Positions 28,979 through 39,537 of a stretch of DNA of 64,000 nucleotides are shown here, one piece after another. The notes beneath the pieces are model-generated. The model saw only the letters and a program-made list of their open reading frames with translations. It was not told where the DNA came from and did not search any database. Origin of the DNA: Aliihoeflea sp. (GTDB taxonomy: Bacteria > Pseudomonadota > Alphaproteobacteria > Rhizobiales > Rhizobiaceae); the NCBI GenBank assembly GCA_046297455.1, contig JBKBIT010000011.1, positions 33,913-97,912 on the forward strand, written 5' to 3'. A program made the position numbers and the translations under genes. Positions within the stretch are counted from its first letter, which is position 1, and every line of letters begins with the position of its first letter.

Positions 28979-31039
28979 ATGTCACGACATCCGTCCCTAT
29001 CCGTCGGCAGCAGGCCCCGCGAGGTCGATCATGACCAGCCTTTGGAAACCGATCCCGACCACATGACCGATGGCGACGACGACATCATCGAAGAAGTCGC
29101 GCCCAAAACGCCTGCTCTTCAGATGGACTGGGACGATGGTGGCCGTCCGGCCGCCGGCAAGAGCGGCATCGAGCTGGTGCAGGCATTGGTGAAACGCCTG
29201 CCCAACGCGCCAGGCGTCTACCGGATGATGGATGCGGCGGGCAATGTTCTCTATGTCGGCAAGGCCCGCAGCCTCAAGAAGCGCGTCACCAACTACGCCC
29301 AGGGTCGCGGCCACACCAATCGTATTGGCCGGATGATTCGCGAAACGGCGGCGATGGAGTTCGTCGTCACCCGCACCGAAACCGAAGCGCTGCTACTGGA
29401 AGCCAATCTTATCAAGCGCTTCCGACCGCGCTTCAATGTGCTTCTGCGCGACGACAAGTCATTCCCCTACATTCTTCTGTCGGGCGATCATCCCTCCCCC
29501 GGCATCTTCAAGCATCGCGGTGCACGCAGCCGAAAGGGTGAGTATTTCGGCCCGTTCGCCTCTGCCGGCGCGGTCGGACGCACCATCAACGCGCTCGAAC
29601 GCGCCTTTCTGCTGCGCAGCTGCACCGATTCGGTATTCGAAGGCCGCAGCCGGCCCTGTCTCCTGTTTCAGATCAAGCGTTGCTCCGGGCCCTGCACCGG
29701 CGAGATTTCGGCGGACGACTATGCCGAACTGGTCAAGGAAGCGCGCGATTTCCTCTCAGGGCGCTCTGGCAAGGTGAAGTCGGAGATCGCCGCCGCCATG
29801 CAGCAGGCATCCGAAACGCTGGATTTCGAGCGCGCGGCATTGCACCGGGATCGCCTGGCGGCGCTGTCGCACGTGCAGGGCCACCAGGGCATCAATCCGC
29901 GGGGCGTGGAGGAGGCCGATGTCTTTGCCATCCACCAGGAAGGTGGGCAGAGCTGCATCGAGGTGTTCTTCTTTCGCACCGGTCAGAACTGGGGCAACCG
30001 GGCCTATTTTCCCAAGGCCGATCCAGCGCTCGGACCTGACGAGGTTCTGGGCGCATTCCTTGCGCAGTTCTACGACGACAAGCCAAGCCCGCGTGCCCTG
30101 CTACTCTCGCACGAGGTCGAGGACCAGGATCTCATTGCCGAAGCACTCTCGGCGCGTGCGGGACGCAAGGTCTCGGTAACCTGTCCGCAGAGAGGCGAAA
30201 AACGTGATCTGGTCGACCACGCCCTCGACAATGCCCGCCAGGCGCTTGGCCGGCGACTGGCCGAGACGTCCTCTCAGCAACGTCTGCTGGCCGGCCTGGC
30301 CGAAGCGCTCGGGCTACCGGCGCCCCCGCGCCGCGTCGAAGTCTATGACAATTCCCACATCATGGGCACGAATGCGGTCGGCGCGATGATCGTGGCCGGG
30401 CCGGAAGGCTTCGTGAAGAATCAGTATCGCAAGTTCAATATCCGCAGCGAAGACACCACGCCGGGTGATGACTTGGCGATGATGCGCGAGGTCATGGAAC
30501 GACGATTCTCCCGCCTGGTCAGGGAGCATGGCGATGCCGACACCGCACCACCAGTTGACGATGGTGACGATGCAGCCCTGCCCGCCTGGCCTGATCTCGT
30601 TCTCATCGACGGCGGACAAGGGCAGATTAATGCGGTGCGTAGCGTTTTCCTCGAGTTGGGTATCTCCGACAGGGTCACTGCAGTAGGCATTGCCAAGGGC
30701 GCCGACCGGGAGGCCGGAAGGGAACGCTTCTTCCTCGAAGGTCGCGCGCCGTTCACTCTCCCGGTACGAGACCCGGTGCTCTATTTCGTCCAGCGCCTGC
30801 GCGACGAGGCTCACCGCTTCGCGATCGGGTCGCACCGGGCACGCCGCAAGAAGGAGATGGTGAAGAACCCGCTGGACGAGATTCCTGGCATCGGCCCGAC
30901 CCGGAAGCGCGCCCTTCTGCACCATTTCGGCACTGCAAAGGCGGTCAGCCGCGCCGGCATCGAGGATCTTCTGCGCGTTGAGGGCGTATCGGAGGCCATG
31001 GCCCGCACGATCCATGACCATTTCCATACAGGCGGCTGA
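28979..31039 (+). CDS. uvrC: Excinuclease ABC subunit C
   Basis: GIY-YIG-like PGVYRM...[27 protein letters not shown], HhH tail. Confidence 0.97.
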   Translation: MSRHPSLSVGSRPREVDHDQPLETDPDHMTDGDDDIIEEVAPKTPALQMDWDDGGRPAAGKSGIELVQALVKRLPNAPGVYRMMDAAGNVLYVGKARSLKKRVTNYAQGRGHTNRIGRMIRETAAMEFVVTRTETEALLLEANLIKRFRPRFNVLLRDDKSFPYILLSGDHPSPGIFKHRGARSRKGEYFGPFASAGAVGRTINALERAFLLRSCTDSVFEGRSRPCLLFQIKRCSGPCTGEISADDYAELVKEARDFLSGRSGKVKSEIAAAMQQASETLDFERAALHRDRLAALSHVQGHQGINPRGVEEADVFAIHQEGGQSCIEVFFFRTGQNWGNRAYFPKADPALGPDEVLGAFLAQFYDDKPSPRALLLSHEVEDQDLIAEALSARAGRKVSVTCPQRGEKRDLVDHALDNARQALGRRLAETSSQQRLLAGLAEALGLPAPPRRVEVYDNSHIMGTNAVGAMIVAGPEGFVKNQYRKFNIRSEDTTPGDDLAMMREVMERRFSRLVREHGDADTAPPVDDGDDAALPAWPDLVLIDGGQGQINAVRSVFLELGISDRVTAVGIAKGADREAGRERFFLEGRAPFTLPVRDPVLYFVQRLRDEAHRFAIGSHRARRKKEMVKNPLDEIPGIGPTRKRALLHHFGTAKAVSRAGIEDLLRVEGVSEAMARTIHDHFHTGG

Positions 31040-31138
31040 CCCAGGCGACTTTTGCGGATTGCGCCAATGTCGGCATGGCGGTTGACCCGCCGCATGCCTA
31101 TCTGCTTTTTGTCTAGCGACCCAGGAACGGACCAAGCA

Positions 31139-31732
31139 ATGTCGAAGCAGGCATTCAATCTGCCAAATCTGCTGACCTATGCCCGGATATTGGCGGTGCC
31201 GCTGATCGTGCTGTGCTTCTTTATCGAGGGCGCGCTCGTGTCGAGCGATTTCGCACGCTGGACCGCATTGGCGATTTTCGTTGCTGCGAGCATAACCGAC
31301 TATCTGGACGGCTATCTCGCACGCATCTGGGAACAGACCTCCAACATAGGTCGCATGCTGGACCCGATCGCCGATAAGCTCCTCGTGTCGACCTGCCTCC
31401 TGCTCCTGGCCGCCAACGGCACGATTGCAGACTGGTCTCTCTGGGCCGGCATCATCATCCTGTGCCGCGAAATCCTTGTTTCGGGCCTGCGCGAATACCT
31501 TGCAGCGCTCAAGGTGTCGGTTCCCGTCACCCAACTGGCCAAGTGGAAGACCACCATCCAGATGCTGGCGATCGGCTTCCTGCTGGTCGGGCCGGCAGGA
31601 GACATCGTCTTTCCCGCCGGCTACACATTGACGATCGGCATCACGCTGCTGTGGATATCGGCCATCGTCACGCTCTACACGGGCTACGACTATTTTCGCG
31701 CCGGTCTGAAACACGTCATAGCCGATGATTGA
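31139..31732 (+). CDS. pgsA: CDP-diacylglycerol--glycerol-3-phosphate 3-phosphatidyltransferase
   Basis: NLPNLLT, DYLDGYLAR...GRMLDPIADK; follows uvrC. Confidence 0.95.
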   Translation: MSKQAFNLPNLLTYARILAVPLIVLCFFIEGALVSSDFARWTALAIFVAASITDYLDGYLARIWEQTSNIGRMLDPIADKLLVSTCLLLLAANGTIADWSLWAGIIILCREILVSGLREYLAALKVSVPVTQLAKWKTTIQMLAIGFLLVGPAGDIVFPAGYTLTIGITLLWISAIVTLYTGYDYFRAGLKHVIADD

Positions 31733-31741
31733 GGGCCCGGT

Positions 31742-31993
31742 ATGAAGCTCGTCTATTTCGCCTGGGTGAGAGAGCGCATCGGCAAGGCCGAGGAAGAAAT
31801 CGACCCGCCGGCCCATGTCGGAACCGCGGCCGACCTGTTGAAGTGGCTGCGTGAGCAGGGCGAGGAATACCGCCATGCCCTGGAGCGACCCGAGATCATC
31901 CGCGTCGCCATCGACCACGAACACGTTGCCCATGATCACCCTCTGGCGGGAGCCGGGGAGATTGCGCTTTTCCCTCCCATGACCGGCGGCTGA
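31742..31993 (+). CDS. moaD: Molybdopterin synthase sulfur carrier subunit
   Basis: YFAWVRE...FPPMTGG C-terminus. Confidence 0.95.
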   Translation: MKLVYFAWVRERIGKAEEEIDPPAHVGTAADLLKWLREQGEEYRHALERPEIIRVAIDHEHVAHDHPLAGAGEIALFPPMTGG

Positions 31994-31999
31994 TTTCCG

Positions 32000-32479
32000 A
32001 TGCCCGACGCCGTCATCCCTTCGATCAAGATCCAGACCGCAGATTTCGATACCGCGGCAGAGATCGCGCGCTTGAGCGATGGCCGGACCGACATCGGTGC
32101 CGTCGTATCGTTCACCGGCTTGTGTCGCAGCGAAGAGGGGCGCCTGTCCGCGCTTGAACTCGAACACTATCCCGGCATGGCCGAGGAGGAGATCGGTCGC
32201 ATCGCCGACCAGGCGCTTCAACGCTGGCCTATCGGCGCCCTTACCGTCATCCATCGGGTCGGCACGATCATGCCGGGCGAGAACATCGTCCTCGTACTTG
32301 CTGCTTCGGCTCATCGTCAGGCCGCGTTCGACGCCGCCGCATTCGTCATGGATTTTCTGAAGTCACGCGCCCCGTTCTGGAAGAAGGAACACGGTGTCGA
32401 TGGCAGCCAGGGCGCCTGGGTCGAAGCACGCGATGCTGATGAACAACGACTTGCAACCTGGTCGCTAAGTTCGGATTAA
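32000..32479 (+). CDS. moaE: Molybdopterin synthase catalytic subunit
   Basis: GAVVSFTG, LEHYPGM, HRVG, MDFLKSRAPFWKKE. Confidence 0.95.
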   Translation: MPDAVIPSIKIQTADFDTAAEIARLSDGRTDIGAVVSFTGLCRSEEGRLSALELEHYPGMAEEEIGRIADQALQRWPIGALTVIHRVGTIMPGENIVLVLAASAHRQAAFDAAAFVMDFLKSRAPFWKKEHGVDGSQGAWVEARDADEQRLATWSLSSD

Positions 32480-32566
32480 CCACTGACGCCATTGTTGCTT
32501 CTGTGTTAGGCGTTTCTTGAACAGAGATCGATTAATGTGCACGCCTGTTTTGGCTAGGGCGGGCGC

Positions 32567-34054
32567 ATGCAGTTAGGGCTGCTGACTTCTGCGGATTTCT
32601 TGCTCGATCGACAATGGTTGTCGATTGTCGGCATTGGCGTGTTCGTCGCCGCGTTGACGGCCCTTCTCTGGTATCGCGGTCTCTATCTTTCCATCCGCGA
32701 CGAGAACCGGAACGCCCGGGAGCTGATCGAAAACCTGTCGGAAGGGATTTACCGCTCGACGTTGGAGGGAGGTATTCTATCCGCAAACCCTGCCCTCGCC
32801 CGCCTCAACGGTTGCGACAGTATTGAAGAACTCCGCGCGTTGGTGAACGACATCGGTGCTGAGTGGTATGTTGCGCCCGGGCGCCGCGACCAGTTTCGCC
32901 GCATTCTCATGCGGGATGGGCAGGTCAAGGATTTCGTGTCCGAAGTCTATCGTTACGGTACGCGCGAACGCATCTGGGTTGTCGAGAGCGCGCGACTGGT
33001 CCGCGATCCGATCAGCGCACGGCCGCTCTACTACGAGGGATCTGTCCGTGAAATCACCGAGACGGTGAAACGCCTCCAGCTTGAGCAGTTCTATAACAAG
33101 CTGATCAACCAGGTGCCTGGTGGCCTGTTTCAGGTCATGCGGGATGCCGATGGAACGGGCCGGATCAATTTCGTCAGCCCAGGCTTTCGCACGATCATGG
33201 GTCTTGATGGAGAGGACACCCCGCCCCCCATGGAGGATTTCTTTGCGATGATCGCGCCCGATCATCGTAACGAATTCCGCGCCGCGATAGGCAGGTCGGC
33301 CCGCGAACAGTCGCGGCTGGAATTTGAATGCGAAGCGGTCGATGGCAAGGGCGTCCGCAAATGGATACGAATCGCCGCCACTCCGGAGGCGGACGACGAT
33401 AGCGTCATCTGGCATGGGTATTTGACAGATTGCTCGCTTCGCAAGCAGCACGAACTTGCCATCGAACGTTTGGCCTATAACGATCCTTTGACCGATCTGC
33501 CCAACCGCCGCATGCTGCTGGAACGGGTCGGAAGCGCGGTTCGCAAATGCGCTCGCACCCGTCGCCACGGTGCACTGCTTTTCCTCGATCTCGACAATTT
33601 CAAGGAACTGAACGACGGCCACGGCCATCATGCCGGCGACGCATTTCTCAAGCTCGTGGCTGAACGCCTGAAATCATGTGCTGGCGAAAACACCGTCGTA
33701 GCGCGAATGGGCGGGGACGAATTTGTGGTGCTGATAGAGAACGCTGGAAAGGACCAGGCTCGTGCCGCACAGATGGCCATGCGAATGGCCAGCCAGTTAC
33801 TGGCAGAACTCAGACGTCCCTACGATGTACAGGGTATAAGCCACGTGGCGTCGGCCAGCATCGGTCTCGTCGTGTTCGACGGACTGGCTGACTCGGCCGA
33901 CGACATCTTGAGAAAGGCCGATATCGCCATGTATCGGGTCAAGGCCACCGGTCGTGACGGCCTGGCGCTTTTCGATGGTGGAGATGCGGAACCCCTGCCG
34001 CAAGTGCCGCCCCGCCAGAAGGTGGCGCGGCGGCAGCGGCGCCTCAGCGCATAG
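32567..34054 (+). CDS. Membrane-anchored PAS-PAS-GGDEF diguanylate cyclase
   Basis: N-terminal TM; two PAS-like domains; DPLTDLPNRR, DLDNFKELND, intact GGDEF; no EAL domain. Confidence 0.9.
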   Translation: MQLGLLTSADFLLDRQWLSIVGIGVFVAALTALLWYRGLYLSIRDENRNARELIENLSEGIYRSTLEGGILSANPALARLNGCDSIEELRALVNDIGAEWYVAPGRRDQFRRILMRDGQVKDFVSEVYRYGTRERIWVVESARLVRDPISARPLYYEGSVREITETVKRLQLEQFYNKLINQVPGGLFQVMRDADGTGRINFVSPGFRTIMGLDGEDTPPPMEDFFAMIAPDHRNEFRAAIGRSAREQSRLEFECEAVDGKGVRKWIRIAATPEADDDSVIWHGYLTDCSLRKQHELAIERLAYNDPLTDLPNRRMLLERVGSAVRKCARTRRHGALLFLDLDNFKELNDGHGHHAGDAFLKLVAERLKSCAGENTVVARMGGDEFVVLIENAGKDQARAAQMAMRMASQLLAELRRPYDVQGISHVASASIGLVVFDGLADSADDILRKADIAMYRVKATGRDGLALFDGGDAEPLPQVPPRQKVARRQRRLSA

Positions 34055-34057
34055 GCC

Positions 34058-34480
34058 TCAGCCGACGATTTCGGTCTGAGCGAACCAGTACGCGATTTCC
34101 TCGGCAGCGGTTTCCGGCGCATCGGAACCGTGGACCGAATTCTCGCCGATCGACTCGGCGAAGGCCTTGCGGATGGTGCCCTCTGCCGCATCGGCGGGGT
34201 TGGTGGCGCCCATCACTTCACGGTTCTTGGCGATGGCATTCTCGCCTTCCAGAACCTGGACGATGGTCGGGCCCGAGCACATGAAGTCGCACAGTTCGCC
34301 AAAGAAGGGGCGGTCCTTGTGCACCGCATAAAAGCCTTCGGCCTCGCGGCGGCTCATCCATACCCGCTTCGATGCGACGACGCGGAGGCCCGCATCCTCA
34401 AGCATCTTGGTGATCGCGCCGGTCAGGTTGCGCTTGGTCGCATCCGGCTTGATCATCGAAAAGGTGCGCTCGATCGCCAT
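34058..34480 (-). CDS. ndk: Nucleoside diphosphate kinase
   Basis: [23 protein letters not shown]. Confidence 0.98.
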   Translation of the reverse strand: MAIERTFSMIKPDATKRNLTGAITKMLEDAGLRVVASKRVWMSRREAEGFYAVHKDRPFFGELCDFMCSGPTIVQVLEGENAIAKNREVMGATNPADAAEGTIRKAFAESIGENSVHGSDAPETAAEEIAYWFAQTEIVG

Positions 34481-34554
34481 GTGATTTCCTTTGATTGTTG
34501 AAAGGGGAGAAGATGGCGGGGTCTATACAGCCGCGCCCCAGAACTGTGAAGGGG

Positions 34555-35244
34555 TCATGCGGCCTTCACGCGCGCACCAAGCCCGCCATGCAGCGAAAGA
34601 CAGGTCTCGAACCATCTGCCGACCGGGTCGCCGTCCTGCAACACCCGGAACGGCGAGGCAACCCTGGCCCACTGCAGCATGCCGGCGACCACATAGTCGC
34701 AAAACAGCGCCCTGTCGCCACCGAGAAAAGGCTGCACGGTCAAGGTTGCCCGCACCGGCTCCAGACACTTGGCCAGTGTCTCGAGCCTTCCCTCGCGCCC
34801 GAGTGCGATGTCCTCCAGACGATTGCCGAACCGCGCTTCCCGGGTGGCACGAAAATAGGCCTTGTCGTCGTCGTCGAGCAGCTCGTGGATATCCATCAAC
34901 AGCATGGATGACAGGAGCGGCGCCAGCATCGATTGCGACCAGCGCTCGATGAACCGCGCCATTGCCTTGCCGCCTTCGCCGAGGAAGAGCGACGGCCTGT
35001 TGGGATAGGTCTCCTCCAGATAGAGCGCTATCGCAAAACTCTCGGCGACAACGGTCTCGCCATCGCGGATGACAGGGATCGTCTTTGAAAAACCACTCTC
35101 CACCTGGGGTATTTCCGTGAACGAGGTGGGCACGCTCTCGAAGTCCAGTCCCTTGTGGGCAAGCGCAAAGGCAACCTTCCAGCAGTGCGGGCTGAACGGC
35201 CGGGTCCGGTCCTTGCCCACAAGATCGTACAGACGGATGGTCAT
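34555..35244 (-). CDS. Glutathione S-transferase family (beta-etherase LigE-like)
   Basis: LYDLVG...FSPHCWK...LAHKGL, IPVIRDG, ESFAIALYLEETYP. Confidence 0.85.
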   Translation of the reverse strand: MTIRLYDLVGKDRTRPFSPHCWKVAFALAHKGLDFESVPTSFTEIPQVESGFSKTIPVIRDGETVVAESFAIALYLEETYPNRPSLFLGEGGKAMARFIERWSQSMLAPLLSSMLLMDIHELLDDDDKAYFRATREARFGNRLEDIALGREGRLETLAKCLEPVRATLTVQPFLGGDRALFCDYVVAGMLQWARVASPFRVLQDGDPVGRWFETCLSLHGGLGARVKAA

Positions 35245-35306
35245 TGGCAGAAATCCCCCCGCAATGTAGTGCTCGCCATAATTACCGCACCTATGGGGCA
35301 ACTTCC

Positions 35307-35819
35307 ATGCATCAGCATTTTGCAATGATGGCGGCCTACAATCGCTGGGCGAACCGGCTCGTCTACGCCGCGGCGGGCGATCTCGCCCCCGCAGATCTGG
35401 TACGTCCGACCGGCGCCTTTTTCGGTTCCCTTCTCAACACGCTGAACCACGTCCTGGTCGCTGACCGCATCTGGCTGAAGCGCTTCACCGGCGAGGGCGA
35501 TGCACCCAAGCAGCTGGACGCGATTCTCTACAACGACCTCGCCGAGCTGACAGCAGCGCGCGAGGACGAGGACCAGCGCATCGTTTCCTGGATCGGCAGC
35601 CTGGACGCGGAAAAGCTGGCCGGCCGTTTCACCTATACGACGGCGACCGACATGCGAACCGTGTCGCAGCGCCTCGCTCCGGCGCTCGCCCATTTCTTCA
35701 ATCATCAGACACATCATCGCGGTCAGGCCCACATGATCCTGACGTCGCTCGGCGCCCCCTCGCTGGCGCTCGACCTGATCTATTTTCAGCGCACGGAGGA
35801 AGGCCGGCCCTTCGCCTGA
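35307..35819 (+). CDS. DinB family protein
   Basis: YNRWAN, FFGSL..TLNH, HFFNHQTHHRGQ. Confidence 0.92.
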   Translation: MHQHFAMMAAYNRWANRLVYAAAGDLAPADLVRPTGAFFGSLLNTLNHVLVADRIWLKRFTGEGDAPKQLDAILYNDLAELTAAREDEDQRIVSWIGSLDAEKLAGRFTYTTATDMRTVSQRLAPALAHFFNHQTHHRGQAHMILTSLGAPSLALDLIYFQRTEEGRPFA

Positions 35820-36740
35820 TCACGCCCGCAGGCGGATAGCACCCGCCAGAATGCTGATCCTCGCGGGCAGGAATCCTGTCGTCTCGCCATCGGCTTCAAG
35901 CCCGACCCGGCCTGCCGGCGTCTCCACCTCGATGTGGCGCCCACGCGCGAACGAACAGATGTCTAGATTGCGGTGCGAGCCGTCATAGACGCGTCTCAGC
36001 GCCCTGATCAGGCTCAGCCGGCCTGCATCGCGAACTGTGACGACATCGAACACCCTGTCATCCATCAGCGCGTCCGGTGCAATGCGCATGCCGCCGGCAA
36101 AGGAATGGTTGTTGGCCACCGCCACCAGCGGCGAGGCACCGCAAAAGACCTCTTTTCCGTCAACCCGCAGCACCAGATGCGGCGCCTGCAGGCGCGCCAG
36201 TTCCTTCAGCGTGTGCCAGGCAAACAGCAATTTGCCCGGCAATAGTCGCTTTGCCGACGCGTTGACGGCAAAGGCAATGTCGGCCGAAATACCGATACTG
36301 GCGATGTTGATGAAGTGACGCATCACTGGCCTGCCGTCATCCCCCACACATTCGATCATCCCGGCATCGACAGGTCGCGCGGGACCGTCGGCGATCCGCG
36401 CCGCGATCGCACTGGCGTCAGCCCCAAGCTTGAGCGTTCGCGCAAGGTCGGCCCCGGTGCCCACCGGCGCTATGCCAAGCTCCACCGATCGCGCTGCCTC
36501 ACCCTGGCTCAGCATTCCGTCAACGATCTCGCCGACCGTACCGTCTCCGCCGGCCGCGATGAGTAGATCCACCCCATCTCCGACAAGCTGCGCAGCCAGC
36601 GCCCTTCCCTCGCCCTGACGCGTGGTGAAGGCCACTTCGAGCGGTCCCAGCCTATGGCGCAGCGCAGCCTCGAAACCGGGCCACATCCGCGCCATGCGCC
36701 CGCCTCCCGCGACGGGATTGACGATCACGCCAACTTTCAA
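35820..36740 (-). CDS. Diacylglycerol/lipid kinase family (YegS/BmrU-like)
   Basis: IVNPVAG, GGDGT, PVGTG.D.AR, EADGE; TTG start after a G-rich RBS. Confidence 0.88.
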   Translation of the reverse strand: MKVGVIVNPVAGGGRMARMWPGFEAALRHRLGPLEVAFTTRQGEGRALAAQLVGDGVDLLIAAGGDGTVGEIVDGMLSQGEAARSVELGIAPVGTGADLARTLKLGADASAIAARIADGPARPVDAGMIECVGDDGRPVMRHFINIASIGISADIAFAVNASAKRLLPGKLLFAWHTLKELARLQAPHLVLRVDGKEVFCGASPLVAVANNHSFAGGMRIAPDALMDDRVFDVVTVRDAGRLSLIRALRRVYDGSHRNLDICSFARGRHIEVETPAGRVGLEADGETTGFLPARISILAGAIRLRA

Positions 36741-36856
36741 GTTACCCCCCAAGGTCCAACAGACCGAGCACCTTTCGTCCCTCAATCGTGGCTCCAGCGC
36801 AAGCCTATCGCGCTCTCCCCCTTGCGCGCGCCTCAAGGCTCCGCCAAACAGGCGCC

Positions 36857-38734
36857 ATGCTGATCCTAGACGACATTTCCCTTCGCGTGGCCGGAAGGCT
36901 TCTTATCGACCATGCTTCGCTGACCTTGCCGGCTGGCGCCAAGGCCGGCCTTGTCGGTCGCAACGGCACCGGCAAGACGACGCTCTTTCGCGCCATCACC
37001 GGCGATCTGGCAACCGAGTCCGGCTCCATTTCCTATCCAAAGGGTACCCGCATCGGCCAGGTTGCGCAGGAGGCTCCCGGCACCGAGGAGCCGCTGATCG
37101 ACATTGTCCTTGCGGCCGACCGCGAACGCCGTGCGCTCTTGCAAGAGGCAGAGACGGCGACTGACGCTCACCGCATCGCCGAGATCCAGACCCGTCTTGC
37201 CGATATCGACGCCCATTCCGCCGAGGCGCGCGCGGCTACCATCCTTGCCGGTCTCGGCTTCGACGCGGCGGCGCAGAAGCGGCCGGCCTCCTCCTTTTCC
37301 GGCGGCTGGCGCATGCGCGTCGCGCTCGCAGCTGTGCTGTTTGCCGAGCCAGACCTTCTTCTTCTCGATGAGCCGACAAACTATCTCGATCTCGAAGGCA
37401 CCATGTGGCTGGAAGGCTACGTGGCCAAATACCCGCATACTGTCCTTCTGATCAGCCATGACCGCGACCTCTTGAACAAGGCCGTCGATTCAATCGTCCA
37501 TCTGGAATCGAAGAAGCTTACCTTCTGGCGCGGCGGCTACGACCAGTTCGAGCGCCAGCGCGCCGAGAAGATGGAGCTCCTGCAGAAGAGCGCTGCCAAG
37601 CAGGACGCCAAGCGCAAGCACATGCAGGCCTTCGTCGACCGTTTCCGCTACAAGGCGTCCAAGGCCCGCCAGGCCCAGTCGCGCCTCAAGGCACTGGAGA
37701 AGATGGCGCCTGTAGGCGCCATCGTCGACGAGCACGTCCAGCCGTTTTCCTTCGCCGAACCGGTCAAGCAGGTCGCCTCTCCCATCGTCGCGCTCGACAA
37801 GGCGGCCGTCGGCTACACGCCAGGCAAGCCGGTCCTGAAGAACCTGACGCTGCGGATCGACCATGACGACCGCATCGCCCTGCTCGGCGCCAACGGCAAC
37901 GGCAAGTCGACGCTGGCAAAGCTCCTGTCGGGCAGGCTTTCGCTCGAACAGGGCACGATGACGGTCGCGCCGGGCCTGAAGGTTTCGATCTTCGCCCAGC
38001 ACCAGCTCGACGATCTGCGCCCGGAGGAAAACGCCGTCGAGCATGTGCGCCGCCTGATGCCGGACGCGGCGGAGGCCAAGGTGCGGGCCCGCGTCGCCCA
38101 GATGGGACTGGCGACAGAAAAGATGAACACCCCCGCCAAGGATCTGTCGGGCGGCGAGAAGGCCCGCCTTCTGATGGGACTTGCGAGCTTCGACGGGCCG
38201 AACCTCTTCATCCTGGACGAGCCGACCAACCATCTTGATATCGATTCACGCCGCGCGCTGATCGATGCGCTGAATGAGTTCTCGGGGGCCGTCATCATCG
38301 TTGCCCACGACCGCCATCTGCTCGAAGCGACCGTCGACCGGCTCTGGCTGGTCTCCAATGGAAGCGTGGCGCCCTATGAGGGCGATCTGTCCGACTATCG
38401 CAGCCAGATCACCGGCGGTCAGAGCGACAGGCGTGAAAGACGCGAGGCCGACAAGGCTTCCAAGGCCGACCGCCGACGCGAGGCTGCGCAGAAGCGCGCC
38501 GCGCTTGAGCCGCTGGCCAAGGAGATCAAGGCCATCGAAGGATTAATTGACCGCACCCGCAAGCGCATGGCAGCGATCGAGGCCGAGTTGGCCGATCCCT
38601 CACTCTACGAGCGCGATACGGCCCGCGCGGCCAGCCTGGCCAAGGAACGATCGGACCTTGCCGACCGGCTCGCAAAGCAGGAAGATCGCTGGCTGGAGCT
38701 TTCGTCCCAATACGAGGAAGGAACGGCGGCATGA
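36857..38734 (+). CDS. ABC-F family ATPase (YheS-like)
   Basis: Two ABC cassettes (GRNGTGKT/FSGGWRMR/DEPTN; GANGNGKS/LSGGEKAR/DEPTNHLD), no TM, C-terminal coiled coil. Confidence 0.93.
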   Translation: MLILDDISLRVAGRLLIDHASLTLPAGAKAGLVGRNGTGKTTLFRAITGDLATESGSISYPKGTRIGQVAQEAPGTEEPLIDIVLAADRERRALLQEAETATDAHRIAEIQTRLADIDAHSAEARAATILAGLGFDAAAQKRPASSFSGGWRMRVALAAVLFAEPDLLLLDEPTNYLDLEGTMWLEGYVAKYPHTVLLISHDRDLLNKAVDSIVHLESKKLTFWRGGYDQFERQRAEKMELLQKSAAKQDAKRKHMQAFVDRFRYKASKARQAQSRLKALEKMAPVGAIVDEHVQPFSFAEPVKQVASPIVALDKAAVGYTPGKPVLKNLTLRIDHDDRIALLGANGNGKSTLAKLLSGRLSLEQGTMTVAPGLKVSIFAQHQLDDLRPEENAVEHVRRLMPDAAEAKVRARVAQMGLATEKMNTPAKDLSGGEKARLLMGLASFDGPNLFILDEPTNHLDIDSRRALIDALNEFSGAVIIVAHDRHLLEATVDRLWLVSNGSVAPYEGDLSDYRSQITGGQSDRRERREADKASKADRRREAAQKRAALEPLAKEIKAIEGLIDRTRKRMAAIEAELADPSLYERDTARAASLAKERSDLADRLAKQEDRWLELSSQYEEGTAA

Positions 38735-39537
38735 CCGTCCGCACCGAGACGCATGGCGAGACGCTGGTCGTGACCATCGACCGACCGGAGGCGCGCAATG
38801 CCGTCAATCCGGAGATGGCGACCGCTCTGTTCGAGACCTTCACTGCATTTGACCGCGACGACAATCACAAGGTTGCCGTGCTGACAGGCGTGCCGGGCGC
38901 CTTCTGTGCAGGCTTCGATCTGAAATACGCCGCCGGCGGCATGGACGAGCGCTGGTATGCCGCCCATGAGCTCGACGCCGGCTTCGACGATCCGCGCGCC
39001 CACCCCTCCAAGGGACCCATGGGACCAACGCGGCTATTGTTGTCGAAACCCGTCATCGCCGCCATCTCCGGCCCTGCGGTAGCCGGCGGCATGGAACTGG
39101 CCCTGTGGTGCGATCTGCGCGTCATGGAAGCGTCCGCCTATATGGGTGTCTATTGCCGGCGCTGGGGCGTGCCGCTGATCGATGGCGGCACGGTGCGCCT
39201 GCCCCGTATCGTCGGCCACGGCCGCGCCATGGATCTGATCCTCACCGGCCGCAAGGTCGAAGCTGAGGAATGCCTGTCCATCGGCCTCGCAAACCGCCTT
39301 TGCGCGGACGGCGAGGTCCTTGCAACGGCACTTGAACTGGCCGCCGAACTCTCCCGTTTCCCGCAGGCCTGCATGCGCGCCGACCGCCTGTCGGCAATCT
39401 CGCAATGGTCGCTCGATCCGGCCCCCGCCCTGGTGGGCGAATGGAAGAGCGCGGAAACCTTCCGCGCCGAAGGCGTTAGCGGCGCTGCCCGTTTTGCTGC
39501 CGGCAAGGGCCGTTCGGGCGATTTCGGCGAAATCTGA
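38731..39537 (+). CDS. Crotonase/enoyl-CoA hydratase family protein
   Basis: RPEARNAV, FCAGFDL, AVAGGMELALWCD, WGVPLIDGG. Confidence 0.92.
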   Translation: MTVRTETHGETLVVTIDRPEARNAVNPEMATALFETFTAFDRDDNHKVAVLTGVPGAFCAGFDLKYAAGGMDERWYAAHELDAGFDDPRAHPSKGPMGPTRLLLSKPVIAAISGPAVAGGMELALWCDLRVMEASAYMGVYCRRWGVPLIDGGTVRLPRIVGHGRAMDLILTGRKVEAEECLSIGLANRLCADGEVLATALELAAELSRFPQACMRADRLSAISQWSLDPAPALVGEWKSAETFRAEGVSGAARFAAGKGRSGDFGEI

